DNA of 64,000 bases, from NCBI GenBank assembly GCA_009922615.1, contig RFVF01000003.1:13069-77068 (forward strand), in the 5' to 3' direction. This DNA comes from Pseudomonadota bacterium. GTDB lineage: Bacteria > Verrucomicrobiota > Verrucomicrobiia > Limisphaerales > SXTU01. Shown in pieces: positions 57,004 through 64,000 of this stretch. A model generated the notes under the pieces. That model ran no database searches. It worked only from the letters and a program-made list of their open reading frames with translations, and had not been told where the DNA came from. A program made the position numbers and the translations under genes. The stretch's first letter is position 1, and the number at the start of each line of letters is the position of its first letter.

Positions 57004-57339
57004 ATGAAAAAACTCCTCCTTACCTCGCTCACCATCGCCGCACTTGCCCTCGGGCTGGCCGTCAACGCCACCGCCGAGAGCAAAGGCAAAACCATCACCC
57101 TCTCCGGCAAGGGCTGCTGCGCCAAGTGCTGCCTCAAAGAATCAGACACTTGCCAGAATGTCCTCACCGTCGAAAAGGACGGCAAGAAGACCAAGTATTA
57201 TCTCGTGCAGAATGATGTGAGCAAAGACTTCCACAGCGAGATCTGCAAAACGATCAAGAACATCACCGTCACGGCCACGTGCAAGAAGGTTGGCGACAAG
57301 CTGGAGTTGACGGCCGAGAAGATTGAGGCCGCGAAGTAA
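57004..57339 (+). CDS. small secreted Cys-rich protein
   Basis: Signal peptide, then GKGCCAKCCLKESDTCQNV ... HSEICKT ... TATCKKV. 111 aa, followed by a strong terminator. Confidence 0.65.
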   Translation: MKKLLLTSLTIAALALGLAVNATAESKGKTITLSGKGCCAKCCLKESDTCQNVLTVEKDGKKTKYYLVQNDVSKDFHSEICKTIKNITVTATCKKVGDKLELTAEKIEAAK

Positions 57340-57395
57340 GGCTTTCGCGAGCGGCTGGGTTATGGGTTCCCAGTCGTTCGTGGGTTGAGCAGCAG

Positions 57396-57480
57396 GGGGC
57401 AAGGCGCTCCTAAAAAACCGGCCCGGGTATTCCTTTCTTCCCGGTGCCGGTTTTGAAGGGGCGCCTTGCCATTTTTATTT
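57396..57480 (+). terminator. long-hairpin rho-independent terminator between convergent genes
   Basis: gggcaaggcgc...aaaaaccggc...gccggtttt...ggcgccttgcc forms an extended hairpin, followed by atttttatttt. Confidence 0.75.
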
Positions 57481-57491
57481 TCAACCAGCAA

Positions 57492-58496
57492 CTACCTCCC
57501 GACGCGATACAACGGACTGCCAGCAATCAACGTGGGCAGGCTCAACAGCAGGCGACCGCACGTCACGTAGAGCGTGTGGCCATTCAGGCCGCCGAAGGCG
57601 CAGTTCGTGATCGTGTCCTCGGGCGTTTCCACGAAGGCCACCAGCTTGCCTTGCGGCGTGATGACGTGGATACCCGGCCGGGTGTCCAGCGTCTCGCTTG
57701 TGCCACGAGTCTTGTGCAGGCCGGCGGCAACGTAGAGGTTGCCCTCCGCATCCAAACGCATCCCATCCCCGCCGCGACCAGGATAAAAAGTGTAGAGCAC
57801 GCGATGATTCGTGAGTGAACCATCTGCTTGGAGGTCGTAGGCGCGAATGTTCCGCGCGCGGTTTAACCGGCCGTCGGACTCGATCAGGTAGAACGTCCGG
57901 TTGTCGGGGGAAACGGCCAGGCCGTTGGGCATGTCGATGTCCGGTGCGGCGAGCACGCGGGCCACTTTGCCGTCGGGGTCGATGCGATAGACTGCGTTGA
58001 CGTTGCCGGTGGCCGGGTTGGTGTTGGCCAGCCGCGAGGTGAAGTAGATCCGCTCGCTGCCATCCACGCACAAGTCATTGGGAGCGCCGAGCGGGAAGCC
58101 GTTGAATTTGTCACACAGCACGGTGTATCCGCCCCGCCGCAGATCAATGCGCGTGACGCAGCCGTTGGTCCCATCCGCCGCTTCGCAGGCGAGCAACCGG
58201 CCCTGACGGTCGAAGGCCTGGCCGTTTGCGCCGTTGGCCGGCTTGCGAAACGTGCTTAATTGTTTTCTAAAGGGATCCCACTTGAGCACCTCGCCGGTGT
58301 TGGTGAAGTAAACCATGCCATCGCGATCCACGGCGGGGCCCTCGGTGAAATTCTTCGTGCCGGGCAAGGTGACTTCCACTTGCAGCGCTCCGAGATACTT
58401 GGCGTTTTCCAGGCCGGAGTAACGATCGGCGGCCGACAGCGGGGCGGCGACCAGCCAAGCCAGGGCGAGGACAGTGAACGTGCGGGTTGGTTGCAT
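57492..58496 (-). CDS. SMP-30/gluconolactonase/LRE-family beta-propeller protein
   Basis: Signal peptide. TEGPAVDRDGMVYFT, PNDLCVDGSERIYFT, PNGLAVSPDNRTFYL and DGMRLDAEGNLYVA repeats. Confidence 0.8.
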   Translation of the reverse strand: MQPTRTFTVLALAWLVAAPLSAADRYSGLENAKYLGALQVEVTLPGTKNFTEGPAVDRDGMVYFTNTGEVLKWDPFRKQLSTFRKPANGANGQAFDRQGRLLACEAADGTNGCVTRIDLRRGGYTVLCDKFNGFPLGAPNDLCVDGSERIYFTSRLANTNPATGNVNAVYRIDPDGKVARVLAAPDIDMPNGLAVSPDNRTFYLIESDGRLNRARNIRAYDLQADGSLTNHRVLYTFYPGRGGDGMRLDAEGNLYVAAGLHKTRGTSETLDTRPGIHVITPQGKLVAFVETPEDTITNCAFGGLNGHTLYVTCGRLLLSLPTLIAGSPLYRVGR

Positions 58497-58559
58497 GTGC
58501 AGTCCAGACGCTCCGCCGGGCTTGGGCTTTCACCGGGCTTCCGCTAGGCTGCCGCACAG

Positions 58560-60257
58560 ATGGCCGACGATCCGCAACCCGCGCCGACGCTTGCCGAGGA
58601 ATTCCTCGCGGAATTCCGCGCCGGCTGGGCCCGCCTGCCGGACAAGCCGCTGTTCTTCACGCTGCTAGGCGCGTGGACGGTGCTATTCCATTTCCTCGGT
58701 CATTGCTCCTTCAACTTCACCGACCAGCCCTCGCTCTTCGCGTGGATGTGGGGTGCGTGGAGCGCACCCGCGCTGGAGGCCGAGCATGGCAAGCTCGTGC
58801 CCGTGGTCGTGCTCTTCCTGCTCTGGCTGCGGCGCAACGAATTGCTCGCGGCTCCCACCCGCCGCTGGACGCCCGCGCTCGCGGGGCTGGGACTGGCGCT
58901 GGCCGTTCATAGCGTGGCCTTCACGGTGCAGCAGCCGCGCGTCTCGATGGTGGCGCTGGTGGGCGGCGTGTGGAGTTTCATCGGGCTGGTGTGGGGCCCG
59001 GTCTGGCTGCGCAAAACATTTTTCCCATTCCTGCTGCTGGGTTTCTGCGTGCCGTTGGAATCGTTCGGCGAAGGCTTCCTGTTTCAACTACGCCTGCTGG
59101 TGACGAAAATTTCCGTCGGCCTCGGCCACGACCTGCTGGGCCTGGACGTGGTGCGCGACGGCACACGCATCTTCAACTCCACCCGCACGTTCAATTACGA
59201 TGTGGCCCCGGCGTGCAGCGGCATCCGCAGCCTCACCTCGCTGCTGGCGGTGACTACCATCTACGGCTGCGTGGTGTTTCGCGCGCCGTGGCGGCGCGCG
59301 GTGATGGTGGCGCTGGCGGTCCCACTGGCCGTCGCGGGCAACGTCGCGCGCATCACCACGGTGATCGTGCTGGCCGAGGCGTTCGGGCACCAGACGGGCG
59401 CGGCGGCGGAAACGAATCTCGGCTACGTCACCTTCGCCGTGGCCATCGGGCTGATGTTTGCCGCGGGATGGTTGCTCCGAGAGAAATCCATCGCGCCGCA
59501 ACCGCACAGCGCGGCGAGCCCCGCGAGGAAGGCTGGTGAAACCCCGCTGACCCCCACGGTCACCCCGTTGCTGGGGGCACCACTGATCGCCGCACTGCTG
59601 CTCATGGCGCTGGCGGGCGGCGTGATTCATCACCTTCAGGCCCGTCAAAAGCTGGGCCAGCCCGGCGTGCGTGCGGAACCGGTCGCGGGTTCGCAGCGTT
59701 GGCGCATTCTTCTGCCGGAAAAAGTCGCCAGCCTGACCTCGCGCGAGGAGCCAGCGGCGGAAGTCGAATTGACCGCTCTGCCCGCCGACACCTCCATCGG
59801 GAAACGCATTTATCGCGCGGCGGACGGCGCGGAGCTGCTGCTGCAAATCGTGCTGATGGGCCGCGACCGCACGAGCATCCACCAGCCGCAGTATTGTCTC
59901 ACCGGCCAGGGCTGGGTGATCGAGCAAACCGAGGAAGTTCGCCTGCGCCTCGCCGGCCCGTCGCCGCGCGAACTGCCCGCGCTCAAACTCACCGCGAGCA
60001 AAGTCGTCACGCTCGACAACGGCCAGCGCGTCTCATTGCGCGCCATTTACGTGTATTGGTTCGTGGCCGATGGCGTGGTCACGGCGCATCGCTCCGAGCG
60101 GCTGCGGTGGATGGCCGAGGAGTTATTGAAGACCGGCACGTTGCAGCGCTGGGCCTACGTCGCGTGCCTCGCCCAATGTCGACCGGGCGAAGAGGAAAAA
60201 ACGTTTGCCTGGATGAAGGACTTCATCGCGGAGGCCGGGCCGCAGTTTCAGCGGTGA
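58560..60257 (+). CDS. exosortase fused to a C-terminal EpsI-family domain (copy 2)
   Basis: VAPACSGIRS and GNVARIT in the polytopic half. The C-terminal half has IHQPQYCLTGQGWVIE and IYVYWFVADG (EpsI pattern). Confidence 0.85.
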   Translation: MADDPQPAPTLAEEFLAEFRAGWARLPDKPLFFTLLGAWTVLFHFLGHCSFNFTDQPSLFAWMWGAWSAPALEAEHGKLVPVVVLFLLWLRRNELLAAPTRRWTPALAGLGLALAVHSVAFTVQQPRVSMVALVGGVWSFIGLVWGPVWLRKTFFPFLLLGFCVPLESFGEGFLFQLRLLVTKISVGLGHDLLGLDVVRDGTRIFNSTRTFNYDVAPACSGIRSLTSLLAVTTIYGCVVFRAPWRRAVMVALAVPLAVAGNVARITTVIVLAEAFGHQTGAAAETNLGYVTFAVAIGLMFAAGWLLREKSIAPQPHSAASPARKAGETPLTPTVTPLLGAPLIAALLLMALAGGVIHHLQARQKLGQPGVRAEPVAGSQRWRILLPEKVASLTSREEPAAEVELTALPADTSIGKRIYRAADGAELLLQIVLMGRDRTSIHQPQYCLTGQGWVIEQTEEVRLRLAGPSPRELPALKLTASKVVTLDNGQRVSLRAIYVYWFVADGVVTAHRSERLRWMAEELLKTGTLQRWAYVACLAQCRPGEEEKTFAWMKDFIAEAGPQFQR

Positions 60258-60324
60258 AACAGTGGTCGTGCCCCACGCGCGACACCGCCTTGAAGAAGAC
60301 TCCTTCGACCGCGTCTGCAAACTC

Positions 60325-63300
60325 ATGATTCCAGTCCGCCGTTTGCGTCGCTTCGTCCCGGTTTTACTTTCCTCCTGTGTGCTGGCTGGCGTGGCCCGCG
60401 CGGCCTCGCTCGACAACGTCGCCGCGCTCGCGCCGGGTTTTCGCGGCACGCAGCCCGCCGTCGCGCAGGCGGATGGGAGTTTTATTTTGGAAGCCGAAGA
60501 ATTCGCCGTGAAGCCCGGCGCGTCTGGCTGGCGCACGATGAACTGGGGCGAGAATTACTACGCCGCATCACTGGCCAACACCTTCCTCAGCCGCAAAGCC
60601 TGTCTCGGCGCGCCGGAGCAATGCGCGCGCACGGAGGCCACGCTCGAAATCGAAGTTCCCGCCGCCGGTCGCTATCTCGCGCTGGTGCGCTACGAGGCGG
60701 CGTATCGCTTCGAGACGCGCTTTCGGTTGCACGTCGAGCAGGCCGGACAGGTGAAGCTCGACCGGCCTTACGGCGCGCGCGACCAACAGAAGATTTGGGC
60801 CTTTCGCCAAGGCTTGAAGACCGAGGTCGGCTGGGACTGGGGCCAGGTGGAAAACACGGTTTGGGAAGGCCACGATGCGTGGGTCAAGCTCGCACCGGGT
60901 CGTGCGCGGCTCACGTTGATCGCGGAGAACCAGCCCGAACCCGCCGCGCGCCGGCACGTGGATGTGATCGTGCTGACGAAGGACGAGGAAGCCGTGAAGA
61001 CGCGCATCGCGAAGGAAAATTACCTCGCGCTCGACGGCTTGCTCACGCAGGCGGGTGACGTGTTCCTGAAGTTTCACAATCTCTCCACCACTCCGCTCAC
61101 GTTGACGGTGCCCGTGGGCATCGAGCACTCGCCGTATTGGGTGCATCAACGCACCTGGAAGCCCAAATCGCTCGCCGCCGAGCCGGGCACAGTGACGGAC
61201 TGGGAAGAAGTCGGGAGCCTGCTGGACACGCTCAACGACGGCCAGTGGCGCTTCAGCGCGGCGGCGAAGACGAAGGGTGCGCCGGTGCATTACCGGCTGG
61301 AGTTCGGCGTTAAAAACGCCGCCGGGAAACTCGAATCGGTCGCGAAGTTCGAGAGCCGCACCAATGCGCTCGAAGTGGCCTACGACGCGAACGCGCGCTG
61401 GACGCGACGCTTCCGCACGACCGACACGCTGCTCTACGAGTTGCTCGATTACTTAAAGAAGCAGCCCGTGCGCGGCAAGCCCCCGGAACGCACGTTGATT
61501 TACGGCTACACGTTCGACGAACGGCCCGGCGACGCGAAATACACCGCCGCGCGCGAGGAGTTTTTGAAGCTGTATTCGCTCAACGCCCGGCCCAAAGCAG
61601 CGAAGACGGCGAAGGCTTCCGGCACCAGCTACATTGATGTGCGCAGCGTGCCGACGGCGAAGCTCACCGAGCATTTCGCGAAGCTCGAACAAGGCGGGCA
61701 GAAGCTCGAAGACATCCGCGTGGTGAGCCTCGGCGATGAAATCGGGCTCGGCCGCCCGCCCGCGAAGAGCGACGAGGCGTTCCGCGAGTGGGCCAAGGCA
61801 CGCGGACTGAAGCCCGCCGACGTGAACCCCGCCGCCGGCGAGGACTGGGCGAAGGTGGCTTACGATGCCGCGCCCGCCCTGCGCGAGTCGAACCCGCGAC
61901 TCTTTTACTTTGCCACGCTTTATTCGTATCACTTTGGCATCCAGCAGTTGAAGGAGCGCACGGATCTCATCCGCCGCGCGCTGCCCAACGCGGACACGGG
62001 TGCCAACTTCTCGCCGCACCACGGTTCGTTTTACCTCGGCACGGCGCACCAGTGGATCACGCTCTTCCGCGCGGGTGGCATGACGATGCCCTGGAGCGAG
62101 GATTACATTTTCCAAGTCCCCGTCGGCTCGCAGCAGATGAACAATTTATTGCTCGACCTCGCGCGCGCCGCGAACCGCTACGAGCCACGCCGCGAAAGCC
62201 ATTTCTACGTCATGCCGCACGATCCCGGCAACCGACCGGAAAGTTGGCGGCGGCTTTTCTACGGCGCGCTCGGACACGGCATGACGATGGTGAACCTCTT
62301 CGAGTTCCGGCCCGTGCAGGCGTCCTACACGGAGAACTACGTGAACAGCCCGGCGATGTTCAGCGAGGTGCGCCGTTCGTTCCACGAGCTGGCCACCTTC
62401 GAGGACGTGGTGCAGGACGGCCGCCCGCGCTGGGGCAAGGCCGCGCTGTGGTATTCCGCCGCTGGTGATGTGTGGCAAAACCATCGACCACCCTTCGGCC
62501 CGAACAAGCGGGCACTTGCCGTGGCCGTGCGCCACCAGCAAACGCCGCTCGATGTGGTCGACGAGGAAGACGCCTTGCGTGGCACGCTCGACAGCTACGC
62601 GGCGCTCTATGTCACGGACGAAAACGTGAGCCAGGCGGCGGCACGGGCAATGGTGGCCTGGGTGCAAAAGGGCGGGCAGATCTTCGCCACGGCGGGCGCG
62701 GGAATGCTCGATGAGTTCAATCAGCCCAACCTCCCGCTGCGCCAGCTCTTCGGCGTGCAACCGCAGGCGCTGACCATCGCGACGAATCCACTCGTGCAAT
62801 TTGAGAAGACCGACCTGCCGTTTTGCCCGGCGCTGGATCAGGTCACACTAAAGTCGGGCGGAGCCATTCCGGTTTTCGCCGCACAAGGCAAGTTCACTGC
62901 CAGCGGCGGCGAGGTGCTCGGAACGTTTGGCGACGGCTCGCCCGCCGTCGTCGCACGCGCGCAGGGCGCGGGGCGGGCGATTTACTGCGGTTTTCTGCCG
63001 GGCCTGAGTTACTTCCAGCCCGCGATCCCGAAACGCCCCGGCGACCGCACCAGCGCGGTGGATTCGCTCGCGCACTTCATTCCGACGCAATTTCAAGCCG
63101 GTGCGCGGCAGCTCATTGCGATGCCGGGCGAGAAGATCGAGCGCCCGGTCGTTTGCTCCGAGCCGCTGGTGGAGGCGAACCTCCTCGAATCCAAAACCGC
63201 CGCAGCGCTCGTGTTGGTTAACTGGACTTCCGCGCCGCTGAAGGGCCTGAGGGTCACACTGAACACACCGTTGCCACAAAAGAAAATCGAGTTGGCCAGC

Positions 63301-63387
63301 GGTGGCAAAGTCACGGCCAGCAAGCAGGCCGGCCAGACCGTGCTGACGCTCGACCTTGCCGTGGCGGACGCGGTGATACTGCGGTAA
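60325..63387 (+). CDS. large secreted protein of unknown function (possibly carbohydrate-active)
   Basis: ORF 60262..63387. ATG 60325 gives MIPVRRLRRFVPVLLSSCVLAGVARA. No confident family assignment and no PEP-CTERM tail. Confidence 0.55.
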   Translation: MIPVRRLRRFVPVLLSSCVLAGVARAASLDNVAALAPGFRGTQPAVAQADGSFILEAEEFAVKPGASGWRTMNWGENYYAASLANTFLSRKACLGAPEQCARTEATLEIEVPAAGRYLALVRYEAAYRFETRFRLHVEQAGQVKLDRPYGARDQQKIWAFRQGLKTEVGWDWGQVENTVWEGHDAWVKLAPGRARLTLIAENQPEPAARRHVDVIVLTKDEEAVKTRIAKENYLALDGLLTQAGDVFLKFHNLSTTPLTLTVPVGIEHSPYWVHQRTWKPKSLAAEPGTVTDWEEVGSLLDTLNDGQWRFSAAAKTKGAPVHYRLEFGVKNAAGKLESVAKFESRTNALEVAYDANARWTRRFRTTDTLLYELLDYLKKQPVRGKPPERTLIYGYTFDERPGDAKYTAAREEFLKLYSLNARPKAAKTAKASGTSYIDVRSVPTAKLTEHFAKLEQGGQKLEDIRVVSLGDEIGLGRPPAKSDEAFREWAKARGLKPADVNPAAGEDWAKVAYDAAPALRESNPRLFYFATLYSYHFGIQQLKERTDLIRRALPNADTGANFSPHHGSFYLGTAHQWITLFRAGGMTMPWSEDYIFQVPVGSQQMNNLLLDLARAANRYEPRRESHFYVMPHDPGNRPESWRRLFYGALGHGMTMVNLFEFRPVQASYTENYVNSPAMFSEVRRSFHELATFEDVVQDGRPRWGKAALWYSAAGDVWQNHRPPFGPNKRALAVAVRHQQTPLDVVDEEDALRGTLDSYAALYVTDENVSQAAARAMVAWVQKGGQIFATAGAGMLDEFNQPNLPLRQLFGVQPQALTIATNPLVQFEKTDLPFCPALDQVTLKSGGAIPVFAAQGKFTASGGEVLGTFGDGSPAVVARAQGAGRAIYCGFLPGLSYFQPAIPKRPGDRTSAVDSLAHFIPTQFQAGARQLIAMPGEKIERPVVCSEPLVEANLLESKTAAALVLVNWTSAPLKGLRVTLNTPLPQKKIELASGGKVTASKQAGQTVLTLDLAVADAVILR

Positions 63388-63402
63388 TGGCGCGCCAGTC
63401 GG

Positions 63403-64000
63403 CTAAATCGCGAAGTCGTTATATTCCGGCTTCACCAGCTCGGTGGGCGGGTAAAGCATCCCGGCGGCGACGGTCGCGTTCGTGCCCTGCTCGATGAGGA
63501 TGAAGGAGCCGGTCAGCCGGTTGTTGCTGTAGGCGTCGAACACGATGGGCTTCGCGGTGCGGATGCGGACCTCTCCGATGTCATTCGCCGCCAGCTCGGC
63601 CGGCTCGGGTTCGGGGTCGAAGGTCTGGATGTTGATGCGGCTGTCGAGGCTCGTGACGATGGCCTGCACGGTCTGCGACGTGTGTTTGAGGAAGTATTTC
63701 TTTCCGCGCTGGAGCGGTCGCTGATTCATCCAGCAGACGCGCCCGCGCAGTTCGCTGGCCATGCCGGGTAGGTGGTCCAGGCCCACGAGGATGTCGCCGC
63801 GGCTCACGTCGAGGTCGTGTTCGAGCACGACGGTGACGGGCTGCGGGCAGAATGCTTCCTTCAGCGAGCCGTCGTAGGTCCAAAGTTCCTTGACCGTGCT
63901 CTTCATGCCGCTGGGCAGCACCATGATTTTCTGACCAACTTTCACGATGCCGCCGGCGAGTTGCCCGCTGAGGCCGCGGAAGTCGTGGAGGGTTTTGTCC
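63403..64000 (-). CDS. cysN: sulfate adenylyltransferase subunit 1 (CysN), C-terminal part; the 5' end lies beyond the window
   Basis: VGQKIMVLPSGMKSTVKEL...RGDILV...FLKHTSQTVQAIV...FDAYSNNRLTGSFILI matches the EF-Tu-like domains II/III of CysN. The reading frame stays open to position 64000. Confidence 0.8.
   Translation of the reverse strand, partial: DKTLHDFRGLSGQLAGGIVKVGQKIMVLPSGMKSTVKELWTYDGSLKEAFCPQPVTVVLEHDLDVSRGDILVGLDHLPGMASELRGRVCWMNQRPLQRGKKYFLKHTSQTVQAIVTSLDSRINIQTFDPEPEPAELAANDIGEVRIRTAKPIVFDAYSNNRLTGSFILIEQGTNATVAAGMLYPPTELVKPEYNDFAI

Overview
High-GC (about 65%) Gram-negative chromosome segment. The lineage is not determinable from sequence alone; the PEP-CTERM/exosortase content fits Verrucomicrobiota-like or similar environmental bacteria. 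Four blocks are present. (1) 1-14.6 kb: an AraC/POTRA ORF, secreted and PEP-CTERM proteins, an FkbM methyltransferase, a FecR-like protein, an O-antigen-ligase-like/TPR protein, an acyltransferase and a frameshifted PEP-CTERM trypsin-like protease. (2) 14.7-35.7 kb: a roughly 19 kb, 17-gene minus-strand exopolysaccharide operon (OMP, Wza, Wzc, Wzx, many glycosyltransferases, methyltransferases, acetyltransferase) ending in an exosortase-EpsI fusion, with a divergent priming sugar transferase. (3) 35.8-47.3 kb: an integrated element next to tRNA-Leu(UAG). It carries a tyrosine integrase, excisionase-like HTH proteins, a family-B DNA polymerase with piPolB-type motifs, a DUF3987-like protein, a SplB-like radical SAM protein and unknowns. 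I read it as a pipolin-like self-synthesizing element, and it is the most interesting locus. (4) 47.4-64 kb: housekeeping genes (rhomboid, slyX, tsaB, tsaE, thiL, CPBP protease, aldose epimerase, DedA, queD, cysN), a LuxC/LuxE-like pair, a second exosortase-EpsI fusion, and unusual tandem heptanucleotide repeats, one inside tsaE. At least four genes show frame breaks, so assembly indel error must be excluded before calling them pseudogenes. Many long antisense ORFs in the track are GC artefacts.
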